A stretch of DNA of 63,874 nucleotides, the filler included, from Klebsormidium nitens (lineage: Eukaryota > Plantae > Klebsormidiophyceae): NCBI GenBank assembly GCA_000708835.1. It is 5 parts of 5 records of this genome, joined end to end, with 100 filler letters (N's around TTAATTAATTAA, not from the genome) between each part and the next. Parts side by side here need not be neighbours in the genome. Positions count along the whole stretch, not along the records: positions 25,100 to 52,465 come from DF237815.1; positions 52,566 to 58,758 come from DF236950.1; positions 58,859 to 61,680 come from DF238719.1; 2 more parts are not named here. One strand, written 5' to 3'. The translations under genes were made by a program, and so were the position numbers. The notes below the pieces were generated by a model, which had not been told where the DNA came from, made no database searches, and worked only from the letters and a program-made list of their open reading frames with translations. Below are positions 47,434-60,337 of the stretch, piece after piece. Within the stretch, counting starts at the first letter, position 1, and every line of letters starts with the position of its first letter.

Positions 47434-50400
47434 TCAAGCCCCCGCCCTTGGCATTGGTGCGTGTGAGGGAGCAAATATCCTCAGATTATTGTCCCAGCTG
47501 CCAGTAGCCATTGCGTACCCGTCAGCGGACGTCCCAATGCAGCTGACCCTGCCGCTGTGGTTTTTGATGTTGGCCGCGATCTGCCCCGTGGCGGCGTCCC
47601 AGGCGTAGCACAGGTTGTTGGAGTAGCCCGCCAGCAGGATGCGCCCAGACGCCGAGAAGGCTGCAGGGAAGGCCGGCACGTGAGCAGGCCAAACTTGAGA
47701 CGAGGCAAGCCGGGTGGTGCGCTTACAACCAGAACGACGGTCTGCCAAAGCAGACAATGAGATACGAACACCCGGACCCCCAGCCAAACCATCTGAGCTC
47801 TGGGCCTGCTCGCTCATGCCGGAGCGGGGTTGGCGCGCTCACCTATGGATGTGACGCACATGGGGTAGTCGGCGTGCTGCAGCGCGGGGTTGTTGTCGGC
47901 GAAGGTGATGAGCTGGTGCCCCGTGCGGATGTCGAAGAGGCGGCAGCTGCCGTCATCGCTGCCGCTGCCGAACGTGAAGCCGTCGGACAGGAACCTGCAC
48001 GCGCGCAGGGCAGCACGCTCAGCAGGCGCCAAGGAGCATAGGGGAGGCGGGGACGGGACTGACAGGGGACAGCTAGGCCGGAACAGAGGTCGCCTTGGAG
48101 CGGGATCGAGTAGCACGGCCCACGTCCATCCGCGGAAGGGGGCTTCTAGTGGCTGCGCCACGGCACGCAACACTCGAGGCGGCCTCTCCTGAGGCCGGCC
48201 CGTCTGCTGAGGGGTCACGGAGAGGACGTGGCCATGACGAACCGACCGCGGGCTCAGGGAGTTCGCCTGAACAAGCGACTCGGACGCAGGGAAGCACATG
48301 AACGCACACAACGCTCGGCACTGCGCAAGAAGTCCGACAACAAGCTACTGGGGAAGCACAAAGGAGTTGAGTGCTCTGCTAAAAAGCTTCTGGGGAGCAA
48401 CGGGCTCCTCACTGCACCGCGTTGATGTCGGCGGTGTGGCCGACGAAGGTGCGGATGGCGCCACCCGGCTCGCGCGCGTCCCACAGCTTGGCAGTCGCAT
48501 CGCACGACCCCGACACAAACACGTCGGCACTGCGCGGCTGCAGGCACACACTGCAAGCACACAGAGGGGGACCGGTCAGCAGCGCTTCTGAACCTCACAA
48601 AGTTGAGGAACAATGACGATCAAAGTGACAAGACAACCGCCCTACCATGTCCCCTGCTTTCAGTGCTTTCTGAAAGTCCCTAGTTCTGGAGATTAAGCTC
48701 CTGATGTTACGCACTCGGATGCAAGCGCCAGCTTCAGGTGCCGACGACGCCCCTGCTTTTAGCATTGCAGGCGGCAACGGCACGCCTGCCTGCCGTTCGT
48801 TTTGCGCGCGCACCTCATGACGTCCTGCTGGTGCGCAGAGGGGTCGTCAGGTCCGCCAAAGGTCTTGACGCGCGTGTTGCGATTGATGTCCCACAGAATG
48901 CACGTCTGGTCGCCGCTGCTCGTCAGTATGCTGCCGTCGTCCACAAAGCGCGCGCACGAGATGTACCTGCGCAACAACGCAAGCGACCACAATCAGTGCC
49001 ACACGGTGGGATGCAGGAGGGCCGTTGCGGAAATGCTCGCTTCATGGTAGCACGGTTCGAGGGGATGACCGCTGATTCCGGGGCGTCTTCCTCAAGCGCC
49101 TCCCATGGAGCCAACATTACGACAGATAACTCTCTTGCAGCAGTGAGACCCATCCCGAACATCAGCAGCCCGCGGTTGCTTTGAACCTCGCTTCTGGCAA
49201 CCTCTGGCAGTTTCGAGCATCGATGCTGGAAGACAACGCGAGTGCAAATCGAGGGAGTGCGCTAGCTTCTCCTTCAAACACCAGAAAGAGCGGCACGGCA
49301 GTCTGGGAGTCTGTGCTGCCGTCACAAATCACCACAGGCCAAGCTCCGAACCTCCAGGACCACCGGAGTCAAGGAAGCTGCAAGATGCGAGGATCGTCCT
49401 GGAAACACGGCCATGCGCTTCTTGGTAGAGGTTCCATGCGCCACTTTCAATCACTCTTTCAATCACTGCCGTTTGATTAGCAGGGAACAGTGGGAGGTTG
49501 GGGCGCTGACCCCTTGTGTCCCGCGAGCATCCTGGAGGGCGGGATGTGGCCGTCCTTGTCGGCGCGCTTGTTCTTGAGGTTGAAGATGGACGCCACGTTG
49601 TCCAGGCCGCCGCTGGCCACGAACTGCCCGCTGGGAGACAGCCCGCACGTCATCACCCACTGGCACACCTGCACCGCGCAGCGACCAGCGCAGTGAGCCA
49701 GGTGTCATGCGTCTAACGCACTTGAGCACGCATGGCTGGTCACGACTAGAACTCTCTTCTAAGCGCAACTGGGAAATCAGGTGGTGCAGCGGAGGTTTAC
49801 TGCGGTTGACCTCCTGTCAAGGACACGCCTGATTTTTGAACTCCATCAAGCACACGGGTCTTTTGACCGTGCAGATGAGTAAAGAATTCAAGGTCTTACA
49901 GCTTGTTCTGCAATCTGGTTACTTCAAAGCAGGGGATGTCTCCTACCTAAGACGTACTGTCTGTGGTCACACCCTCACTCTCCGTGAGGTCTTTCGTGAA
50001 ATCTGTTACGGTCATTATCTCAGTACGTTTGACGTCTGAGCAGCCACTGGCCCTCCTTGATTTCCAAGAAGCGAGCATCAACGTGTTTGTCTTCTTCAGT
50101 TCGACCTTCAAAAGTGAATCTGGATGCAGACCACGCCGGTTGGTCATAAGTTAACTTTGTTTGTTGTTCAAGCAGACAAAGTCAACAAGCCACTGCTGGT
50201 CACAGCTCAGTGCGCCATGCACGTATTGTGCTATCATGTCCCGGTAAAGCGATGTAAAGCCACGCTGCGCGCCCTGCCTCACCAGCTTGATGGCGTGTGT
50301 CTTCGCCCCCGTCATGGCGTTCCACACGATCAGCCGGCCGTCCTGGCTGGCAGTCACAATGCGGTCGCCCGCCCAGCTCAGGGCATAGATCTGCAAGCAT

Positions 50401-51615
50401 GCGGGGTGTCCCCACGTCAGCTTCTCTTCATACCGTCCACCGGACGGGTTTAGTTGGGGACCTTCTGCAGCTAAACTAGACTCGCGCACTCAAAACAGGC
50501 CGAGACAGCTTACGTAGTAGGCTGAACAAGGGGGTTGCACCCGGACAACCTGCGGCGAGCAGCAGATGACACAGAAAATGAGGAAAGGGCGTACCTTTGC
50601 GCTGTGGCCAGTCAGGGTGCGCACCAGCTGGAAGTTGATGCGCGCAGGGACAACGCGACCCCCCGCCACCTTGTCAACTGCAGCAGACAAGGCCAGGTCA
50701 GGGGCTGTCGTCAAGGGCACAGCAGAAAGCTACATCTATCAGAACTCGCCACTGCCTTGCCTTGCCCTGCAAAGGTCGTCCAATGATGGTCTGAGATTGC
50801 GGAGATTACCCTGCATGCTTGTCGACTTGAGGAAACATTGGTAACCAACTTGCACAATGTAAGGTAGAATATATGGTGAAATTAGTCCTTGTTGCCCCTT
50901 AAAGTCCGTACGAATGGCTCTCATTTGAATGTGCAAAGTTGTCGCACAGATGTCCTGCTTCGATGACAAGCTGCAGGCCCCAATGAGAGTGGATTGCTGC
51001 AAAATGTCACAGCATCCTTCAGATTTTGACCCTAGCACGCATGGACATGAGCATCTTCTGGTGGCAACCAACAGCTACTCCACTACATCTTCAAGGAATC
51101 AACGGCTTGACGAACAAGTAACCCTAGATCAGGGTGTGGGTATAGCACAAGAAGACTTTGAAAAAGTCAGCAACTACATTGAAAAGGCTGGTGCAGTTCT
51201 CTCCCAGTACGTCCAGAGTAGCGCGCAATGGGCAAAGTTGAACAAACAAAGTTTGCCCAGGCGGCTGGCGCTGCAAAGAGCGCTCGACGATTTTCCTCAA
51301 TCGCGTTTGCACACGCATCGCTGTGAGAGAAACAGCTAAGCAACATCGGATCTTTTGTGACAAGTCTGTAAAAAGGTTGCCCCACTTGATACCAAGGTGG
51401 AGTGTTTGCTTGCATTAGGGCAGAGACTAATCCGCAGCATGAAGTGGGGAACTACAGCGGAAGGAGAAGAAAACTTAGAAGCAAAGCAGTTCAAGAATGA
51501 GGGGCGCCTCACTAGTTTGATCTGCAATCTGACGGCGTGTAATGAGCAATCGTTCTCGCGTCTCCTTCACCCTGGCCCGCGCCTCGCGGTAGCGCGTAGT
51601 GATGTCGTCCGCCAT
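47434..51615 (-). CDS. AGB1: Heterotrimeric G-protein beta subunit (WD40); exons 51615-51513, 50677-50595, 50390-50283, 49668-49511, 48966-48814, 48550-48413, 47994-47843, 47660-47434
   Basis: [76 protein letters not shown] and [11 protein letters not shown]; seven GT-AG introns in phase; symbol given by resemblance to the Arabidopsis gene. Confidence 0.95.
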
Positions 51616-52565
51616 GCCTCCGCCCCTGCCTGCCCTGGATGGCCAACCTCCTGCCTTCTCGCCTCGGTTACGCAATCAGGACTTGTCTTTCTCCTGATTC
51701 TTCCCTGTCCTTTCTGCTGGGTAATTTCTCTACCTCTGGCTCATTCCCTATGCATTGCACTCATACCCTGTGATTCGGCACATAATCTCCTTGGTAGGCT
51801 TTAAAATTAAGCGAATGCACCCGGAATTTGCTGCCAAATCTGACAGCGCATCCAGCATTTCTGTGAGGGTCAATTGTGTCTTGCGGCTCCCAGACAGGCG
51901 TCACAAAAGTTGCCGTGATGAAAATACTGCTTGTCTGAGTGCTCACAATGCTGCAGCAAAGCCGGTAAGAACACAACCCTGCAGCTACATCCAGCAGCTC
52001 TTCTGAGCACCAAACCTCTCGCCCTTTTGTTTCAAGGGATCCCTCGATGTTTAGGGCGTGCCAAACAGATGTGAGCCTCAGAGTGTCCTGGCCTCATCCT
52101 CACAACATAAGCAGACCACCCTTCGACTCACTCGCAAGCACTGAGCAATTGATCGCTTCTCCAGCCATTCCTGCAGAGGCGCAGGATGGAGGATGCCCCT
52201 CTGAAAAAGGTGGATCGGAGTGGCAGGAGAGATGCAGCTGTGCCAGTTCAGCAAGTAGTAGTTATAGCCCGAGGGGGAGGGGATACGAGCGATATCCAGC
52301 TCCCGAGGCGAGATATCCCCCGAGGGCGGGAGCCCGACGGGGATAGACGCCGAGGAAGTGGATGTCGCTCGGATCCCCGACCCCGAGGGCTGTAACTCAC
52401 TTATCGCACCCGTCCGAGAGGGCAATCGACGGCCTGAAATGACCAGATAGCCCTGCCACGTGCTGNNNNNNNNNNNNNNNNNNNNNNNNNNNNNNNNNNN
52501 NNNNNNNNNTTAATTAATTAANNNNNNNNNNNNNNNNNNNNNNNNNNNNNNNNNNNNNNNNNNNN

Positions 52566-53165
52566 GGTAGTTGCAAGATCCCGCCATGAGCTCACGCGCG
52601 GCAGTGCTCCCAACCTCTTCGAAGCGCACGATGGGAAGATTGCTCCAGTCATTGCGAAGTGCAGGCATCTGTAAGTACAAAGACAACACCAAATAGCGAC
52701 ACAGATTCACCTTGTCCCCAACCGTGACCTCTTCTGGTTTCTTTGGCGCGATGGTTCGATTGACCCTCCGTTGAAGCTCGATGCGGCGATCGTTAACCTC
52801 CTGGAGAGTCTTCCAGTTCTTGGCCTCACGCTCTGACATGTGCTGGGGTGGTCGAGCTTCTTCCATGGCCTTTCTAACGGCACAGTATCGTTTGAAAAGT
52901 GCCTCGTAGGTCTGCTGATCACTGGGCCACAGTTTTCGGACGATCACCAAAAGTGGACTTATACTCGTGGCTTGTGTGGGCAATTTGTCTGAATACACGC
53001 TATCCAGATACTCTATGATCTTGGTCGTATCTCGGACCCAGTCAAGTGACTCGAAGTCCTCTCTTGGAGCATGCATGCTCTTGAAGAGGCGCATGACTCG
53101 AGCACAGTACTGCTCGACTGTGTGCGACTTTCGTGTCGAGTCATCAAAAATTTCGTGAAGCAGGC
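52566..53165 (-). CDS. Tyrosine recombinase-like ORF, copy B (both ends lost in gaps)
   Basis: Open over the visible span; LVLSLYLQMPALRNDW...NY resembles the first catalytic-Arg region of viral-type YRs; intronless. Confidence 0.6.
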
Positions 53166-53317
53166 NNNNNNNNNNNNNNNNNNNNNNNNNNNNNNNNNNN
53201 NNNNNNNNNNNNNNNNNNNNNNNNNNNNNNNNNNNNNNNNNNNNNNNNNNNNNNNNNNNNNNNNNNNNNNNNNNNNNNNNNNNNNNNNNNNNNNNNNNNN
53301 NNNNNNNNNNNNNNNNN

Positions 53318-54015
53318 GGAGCCTATAGCTGCCCTTTGCATACTCTAGGAGATAGTTGCGAGATCCCGCCATGAGCTCACGCGCAGCAGTGCTCCCAACC
53401 TCTTCGAAGCGCACGACGGGAAGATTGCTCCAGTCATTGCGAAGTGCCGGCATCTGTAAGTACAAAGACAACACCAAATAGCGACATAGAGTCACCTTGT
53501 CCCCAACCGTGACTTCATTTGGTTTCTTTGGCGCGATGGTTCGATTGACCCTCCGTTGAAGCTCGATGCGGCGATCGTTAACCTCCTGGAGAGTCTTCCA
53601 GTTTTTGGCCTCACGCTCTGACATGTGCTGGGGTGGTCGAGCTTCTTCCATGGCCTTTCTAACGGCACAGTATCGTTCGAAAAGTGCCTCGTAAGTGTGT
53701 TGATCACTGGGCCACAGTTTTCGGGCGATCACCAAGAGTGGACTTATGCTCGTGGCTTGTGTGGGCAATTTGTCTGGATACACGCTATCCAGATACTCTA
53801 TGATACTCTATGATCTTGGTCGTATCTCGGACCCACTCAAGTGACTCGAAGTCCTCTCTTGGAGCATGCATGCTCTTGAAGAGGCGCATGACTCGAGCAC
53901 AGTACTGCTCGACCGTGTGCGACTTTCGTGTCGAGTCATCAAAAATTTCGTGAAGCAGGCGTTCTGCTGACGACAAAGTTGCTATAACCTTTGTGTTTGC
54001 ATCTGAAGCTGCCAT
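53318..54015 (-). pseudogene. Tyrosine recombinase-like ORF, copy A, frameshifted by a 10-bp duplication; 3' end in gap
   Basis: ATG at 54015; GATACTCTAT is doubled at 53792-53811 relative to copy B; same LSLYLQMPALRNDW..NYLL motif. Confidence 0.65.
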
Positions 54016-54275
54016 GCCTTGGGTATCTGGATACCGAGAAAAAAAACATGAACGGCATCTGGCCGCAAAGTGCTCAGATACCGAATATCCGTGTTCATCT
54101 TTCTTTTCACCGTTTTGGTGCGCCTAGGAGCTTTTCATGGTTATCTCCGACGCAAGAGCTTCTACAACCCGATATAGGGACTTTGACGCTCTTCAGATAT
54201 CGGCCGATATCCAACTACTGCCAGATACACGATTATTGATGTTCAGAATTTCTGAAACGGGACCATTGCAGCAAT

Positions 54276-54833
54276 TCAGTATCCAACAGAGGATTCTCGT
54301 GGAGATTTGGTGGCACGATGAAGTTTGCTGGGATTCGCAAGCGTCTCTAACTCTGGGATTTGTGCATCACTCCACACTATACTGGGGGCGTATCTGGAAC
54401 TCGATGGAGAAGGGGCTTGGATACTTGTGTAACCGGCTGGAGTGATCGACTCTTGGTCATGAGAGTGAGCCGTGAGCGGAGATTCTTTTAATCGCAGCTT
54501 TTTTGCTTTGCTTCGAGCCCGAGACGCGTTTTTAAGAGCAACCCGCCAGCTCACTTTCACAGCAAATGGTCCATGGATGCCGCTTCGAACCCAGTACGAG
54601 TGGAACCCTTCAGCATTTAGGGATCGTACAAGCGCTCGAATGATGTGACGGAGATTGAACGGTTCGGCAAGGGCGCGGATTCCAGCCAGGGCTGCTGGGT
54701 CAAGAATGGTTTCAAGCATTCCAAACTCCCTATAGGATCTCACTATTGCGGTCTTGGCACTCTCAAAAATGGCTCGATCCATCTGCTCGATTGCAAACGT
54801 TGTTGGAGGACGATAGCCCAAGATTGCATCCAT
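54276..54833 (-). CDS. Intronless hypothetical protein (185 aa) between the HIRAN and recombinase ORFs
   Basis: ATG-initiated ORF starting 45 bp after the HIRAN stop, same strand; N-terminal half looks globular; no motif recognised. Confidence 0.5.
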   Translation of the reverse strand: MDAILGYRPPTTFAIEQMDRAIFESAKTAIVRSYREFGMLETILDPAALAGIRALAEPFNLRHIIRALVRSLNAEGFHSYWVRSGIHGPFAVKVSWRVALKNASRARSKAKKLRLKESPLTAHSHDQESITPAGYTSIQAPSPSSSRYAPSIVWSDAQIPELETLANPSKLHRATKSPRESSVGY

Positions 54834-54878
54834 CGTGAGGCTATAGTACGTTCGACAAAAGAAATGTTACACGCTTGC

Positions 54879-55307
54879 TCATTCCTCTTTCAAGCCCCGT
54901 GATTCTCCCGGTCTCTTGATGACAATCTGACAAACGGATGTAAGATTTAGAGGAGGAGCCATCTTGCTGCGGTCTGCAGAGTTTGCAATGATTGCTATTG
55001 TAAAACCCCATGGCCCGCGGCCGCCCCTGCCTCGGTTGATACGATAGACTCTTGCTGGCAACCCCAAACCGGCACGAACAGGCTCGAAAACTTCGTGATG
55101 CTTGTCACCGCGTCCAATGAAGCCGAGTGGCATACTGCGATCGGCCGAGTGGAAGATGGCAATTGCATATGAGTCGAAACCGTTTCCCAAATGCTTCAGG
55201 AGGACGAGCTCTTGGCCGACCCTCAGCTTACGAACTGCATTCTGTCTATTGTCGAAGGTCACTCCAACCGCTCGGCATAGCGTGCGGCCATCGGGAAGCT
55301 GCTCCAT
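54879..55307 (-). CDS. Stand-alone HIRAN-domain protein (142 aa from the first ATG)
   Basis: AVGVTFDNRQ..VRKLRVGQELVLLKHLGNGFDSYAIAIF..PLGFIGR matches the HIRAN pattern VxGxxF..L..G..L.L..E..N..D..AI.V..LG(Y/F)IP; intronless. Confidence 0.8.
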   Translation of the reverse strand: MEQLPDGRTLCRAVGVTFDNRQNAVRKLRVGQELVLLKHLGNGFDSYAIAIFHSADRSMPLGFIGRGDKHHEVFEPVRAGLGLPARVYRINRGRGGRGPWGFTIAIIANSADRSKMAPPLNLTSVCQIVIKRPGESRGLKEE

Positions 55308-55394
55308 TGCAAGGTCGAGAGATGACGCTATTTGGTCCAAGCATTGGCCCTAAGTATATGAGCATTGATAAAACCGTTAGACGTGACCAATGGC

Positions 55395-58010
55395 ACGAAT
55401 GTGTCCGAGTGTCCGAGTTAGGCTCACATACCTTTTTGGGTCGGGCATGCTTGATCATTGACATAAGCGGCAGTTCCACAGTTAATGCTTTGTAATCAAC
55501 GGCACGAAGGGGTCTGAGTGTCCGAGTTATTTGCGTACCTTCCCGGTCGGGCATGCTTGATGACGTCAGCAGCCATTCTGCCAGATTCTTATTGGAGTAT
55601 GGGTAGAATGGTCGGACATCTGGCATGTGCATGTACCGACCAATACCACCAGTTTTCTGTATCACTGGCGGGAAGTTTTCTAAGCGGCCGTGTTTTTCAC
55701 GTACTTTTTGACAGCAATCCCTCTGATGACGTCAGCAACCATCCCCCCAATAATGCTCTGTAATCAACGGCGCGAAGGTGTCCAAGTGTCCGAGTTTCTT
55801 ACTTACCTTTTTGGGTCGAGCACGTTTGATGACGTCAGCAGCCATCCCCACCAATAATGCTCTGTAATCAACGGCGCAAAAGTGTNNNNNNNNNNNNNNN
55901 NNNNNNNNNNNNNNNNNNNNNNNNNNNNNNNNNNNNNNNNNNNNNNNNNNNNNNNNNNNNNNNNNNNNNNNNNNNNNNNNNNNNNNNNNNNNNNNNNNNN
56001 NNNNNNNNNNNNNNNNNNNNNNNNNNNNNNNNNNNNNNNNNNNNNNNNNNNNNNNNNNNNNNNNNNNNNNNNNNNNNNNNNNNNNNNNNNNNNNNNNNNN
56101 NNNNNNNNNNNNNNNNNNNNNNNNNNNNNNNNNNNNNNNNNNNNNNNNNNNNNNNNNNNNNNNNNNNNNNNNNNNNNNNNNNNNNNNNNNNNNNNNNNNN
56201 NNNNNNNNNNNNNNNNNNNNNNNNNNNNNNNNNNNNNNNNNNNNNNNNNNNNNNNNNNNNNNNNNNNNNNNNNNNNNNNNNNNNNNNNNNNNNNNNNNNN
56301 NNNCGTTTGATGACGTCAGCAGCCTTCCCCACCAATGATGCTCTGTAAACAACGGCGCGAAATTGCCCGAGTGTCCGAGTTTCTCACGTACCTTTTTGAG
56401 TCGAGCACGTTTCATGACGGTTGCAGCCATCGCCACCAATGATGCTCTGTAATCAACGGCTGCTGACGTCATCAGGGGGGTCGACCTCAAAACTCTCGTC
56501 AACAGTTTGGACACTTGGACACCTTTGTGCTAGCCTAGTCAAGCACAATTGAAAAGTGCAGGGAAAGGCTGCTGACGTCATCCAAGGGGGGCGACCTCAA
56601 AACGCTTCTCAAATCTCAGACACTTGGACACCTTCGCGCCATCGATCACATGTTAAAGCACAGGGAATGGTTGCTGACGTCATCCAATGGGGTCGATTCA
56701 AAAACGCTCATCAGAACTCAACACTTGGACACCTTGTCTCCTTATCCTTTCCGTTGATCCTGAGTTTGGTACGCAGCCAAAAGCCGTACCCAAGTCGTAG
56801 ACGCGTTGTACAAATTGCGTAGGTTGATTGCCATGAGCGCGCCATCGACCACCAATGACTGCTTTTGTAATCAACGGCGCAAAGGTGTCCGAGTGTCCGA
56901 GTTTCTCACGTACCCTTTTGGGTCGAGCATGCTTGATGACGTCAGCAGCCATGCCACCAATAAAATGCGCAGTAATCAACGGTACAAAAGGGGGGCGGAG
57001 CATGCTTGATGACGTCAGCATCCATGCCACCGATAATGCACTGTAATGAACGGCGCAATGGTGTCCGAGTGTCCGAGTTTCTCACGTACCCNNNNNNNNN
57101 NNNNNNNNNNNNNNNNNNNNNNNNNNNNNNNNNNNNNNNNNNNNNNNNNNNNNNNNNNNNNNNNNNNNNNNNNNNNNNNNNNNNNNNNNNNNNNNNNNNN
57201 NNNNNNNNNNNNNNNNNNNNNNNNNNNNNNNNNNNNNNNNNNNNNNNNNNNNNNNNNNNNNNNNNNNNNNNNNNNNNNNNNNNNNNNNNNNNNNNNNNNN
57301 NNNNNNNNNNNNNNNNNNNNNNNNNNNNNNNNNNNNNNNNNNNNNNNNNNNNNNNNNNNNNNNNNNNNNNNNNNNNNNNNNNNNNNNNNNNNNNNNNNNN
57401 NNNNNNNNNNNNNNNNNNNNNNNNNNNNNNNNNNNNNNNNNNNNNNNNNNNNNNNNNNNNNNNNNNNNNNNNNNNNNNNNNNNNNNNNNNNNNNNNNNNN
57501 NNNNNNNNNNNNNNNNNNNNNNNNNNNNNNNNNNNNNNNNNNNNNNNNNNNNNNNNNNNNNNNNNNNNNNNNNNNNNNNNNNNNNNNNNNNNNNNNNNNN
57601 NNNNNNNNNNNNNNNNNNNNNNNNNNNNNNNNNNNNNNNNNNNNNNNNNNNNNNNNNNNNNNNNNNNNNNNNNNNNNNNNNNNNNNNNNNNNNNNNNNNN
57701 NNNNNNNNNNNNNNNNNNNNNNNNNNNNNNNNNNNNNNNNNNNNNNNNNNNNNNNNNNNNNNNNNNNNNNNNNNNNNNNNNNNNNNNNNNNNNNNNNNNN
57801 NNNNNNNNNNNNNNNNNNNNNNNNNNNNNNNNNNNNNNNTGCTTGATGACGTTAGCAGCCACGCCACCGAAAAATGCACTGTAATGAATGGCGCAATGGT
57901 GTCCGAGTGTCTGAGTTTCTCACATACCTTTTTGGTCGAGCATGCTTGATGACGTCAGCAGCCATGCCACCAATAAATGCACTGTACTGAACGGTGCAAA
58001 GGTGTCCGAT
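55395..58010. repeat. ~100-bp tandem array with TGACGTCA core; main orientation with an inverted block at about 56458-56720; two internal gaps
   Basis: Unit approx. GATGACGTCAGCAGCCATCCCCACCAATAATGCTCTGTAATCAACGGCGCGAAGGTGTCCGAGTGTCCGAGTTTCTCACGTACCTTTTTGGGTCGAGCATGCTT; both gaps are flanked by repeat units. Confidence 0.92.
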
Positions 58011-60337
58011 CGAGTGTTCAAGGATTATGACGCATAATGTGAGCTTGCATGCTTGATGGGCAACTTGGCGAATCTTTGGCTACATCAAAGATAGTGTATC
58101 TATAAATCATTGATGCAAGGTTTCTAACTCGGTTGACGATGAGCTGCGGTTCAATTTGCAACCGTAGGCCCGGCCTACGGCTGTACAAAGTAGCGCGTAT
58201 ATACTACTCAACTTCGTGATCAAGACTTCGACATGGTGGCAATAACAATTCCATTTAACGCAAAAGAATCGGGTTGTAAATGGTTGAACATCGACTTTAT
58301 GACCATGATGTGTAGTATTATAGACTTGCTACTTTTGACATTACGTGCAAATTCAATTGGTGAAAACAAAGGGGCCCTGAAAGTTGTCACTGTAGAATGG
58401 TACATCTACAGCGCTGGTGAGACTCGTCAAAACGCCTACAAAATAAATACCAAGGTGAAGGCGCTACTACAGGTTAACACCTAGGGCATCTAGCAATTTC
58501 CAAAAGGAGGCAATATGTACATCTTAGGCTCCTATACTCTACCAATTGAAGCAAGTCTAAGAGAAAGGCAATGATCCGACTCTATAGACGAGCGCCAATG
58601 ATCAATCATACTCGCACGTGAAGCCTACATAGCACGAGCTTCGCTGGGATGATCCGTCATAACGGCCGCCTCGCTTCGTTCTCGCGAAACCCTTCTCTCG
58701 CATCTGCCTAGCCAACTCCTCCTTGGCAATCTTGACCCCCGTGAGTCTCTGGAACTGCNNNNNNNNNNNNNNNNNNNNNNNNNNNNNNNNNNNNNNNNNN
58801 NNTTAATTAATTAANNNNNNNNNNNNNNNNNNNNNNNNNNNNNNNNNNNNNNNNNNNNTGCTGAAGGCGAGGCATGTACATTTAGACCCATGCAAGGCGC
58901 CTGCTTGAATATCCAAGAATCTGCCATGGTAGCGCTTCATGTGCATACGGATAAGGGAGCCGATTACGAATTTCTCTGAACCTCGGGTCTGAAGACCATG
59001 GGGGTTTTCAGCGTTCGATATGTTGTAGTTGTACCATATTTGCCTCTCAAGTGTGAACCCAAAATTGGGATGTGACACCTAAGCGGTATTGCATGATGAG
59101 CAAAGAATGAGTGGTTTCGGTGTTGTGACAAGTGTTTCGAAACGTGATTAGACGCTGCCCAATTACCCACTTTTCTTGCTTTGAACGAAAATCTATTGCC
59201 AAGCACTCCCTCCAATGCTCCGAGAATTCATTGCCCGCTGGGCCTTTAAAATTGAAAGTGGTCATTTGCTACTCGACAATAATTGTGCATTGCACCAAGA
59301 TAGCTTCGTAAGCAAAAGAACATGGCCCCTCATTGATACATCTCATGTCCGGCTCCCGATCGGTAGCAAATGCACTTTTTGGAGGAAGATCATACTTAAG
59401 TCCTCACGTTGCAAACCACCCAATCGAGCTCTTGACTACACAATCACATGTGATATGTGTTTCCCGGCATGGAATGAATATGTACTCTTCAGATGGTGTC
59501 GACAAAGGAAGCGCAATGAAGTGCATGTTTCACATTATAAAGCTTAGCTGCTCGTTTGCAGGGTTTTCATGAGGAGGCGCATGAAGGTCCATCAAAAAGC
59601 TGGGAGAGTAACATGCTGCCAATTCAATCCATTGACCAATTTTACTTGTTTGAAGATGTTCTCCTCAAAAGCATTGGTGGCGCATGAGTCAAGGATCTTC
59701 ANNNNNNNNNNNNNNNNNNNNNNNNNNNNNNNNNNNNNNNNNNNNNNNNNNNNNNNNNNNNNNNNNNNNNNNNNNNNNNNNNNNNNNNNNNNNNNNNNNN
59801 NNNNNNNNNNNNNNNNNNNNNNNNNNNNNNNNNNNNNNNNNNNNNNNNNNNNNNNNNNNNNNNNNNNNNNNNNNNNNNNNNNNNNNNNNNNNNNNNNNNN
59901 NNNNNNNNNNNNNNNNNNNNNNNNNNNNNNNNNNNNNNNNNNNNNNNNNNNNNNNNNNNNNNNNNNNNNNNNNNNNNNNNNNNNNNNNNNNNNNNNNNNN
60001 NNNNNNNNNNNNNNNNNNNNNNNNNNNNNNNNNNNNNNNNNNNNNNNNNNNNNNNNNNNNNNNNNNNNNNNNNNNNNNNNNNNNNNNNNNNNNNNNNNNN
60101 NNNNNNNNNNNNNNNNNNNNNNNNNNNNNNNNNNNNNNNNNNNNNNNNNNNNNNNNNNNNNNNNNNNNNNNNNNNNNNNNNNNNNNNNNNNNNNNNNNNN
60201 NNNNNNNNNNNNNNNNNNNNNNNNNNNNNNNNTTAACCAATTTTACTTGTTTGAAGATGTTCTCCTCAAAACCATCGGTGGCGCACGAGTCAAGGATCTT
60301 CATTGAGTCAACTGTCTTCAACAAAGCTAGCATGCCT

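Noticed and set aside
50929-51339. 136-aa plus-strand ORF inside G-beta intron 1
   Set aside because: No motif, no supporting splice structure, and antisense within an intron; a nested gene cannot be supported without expression data
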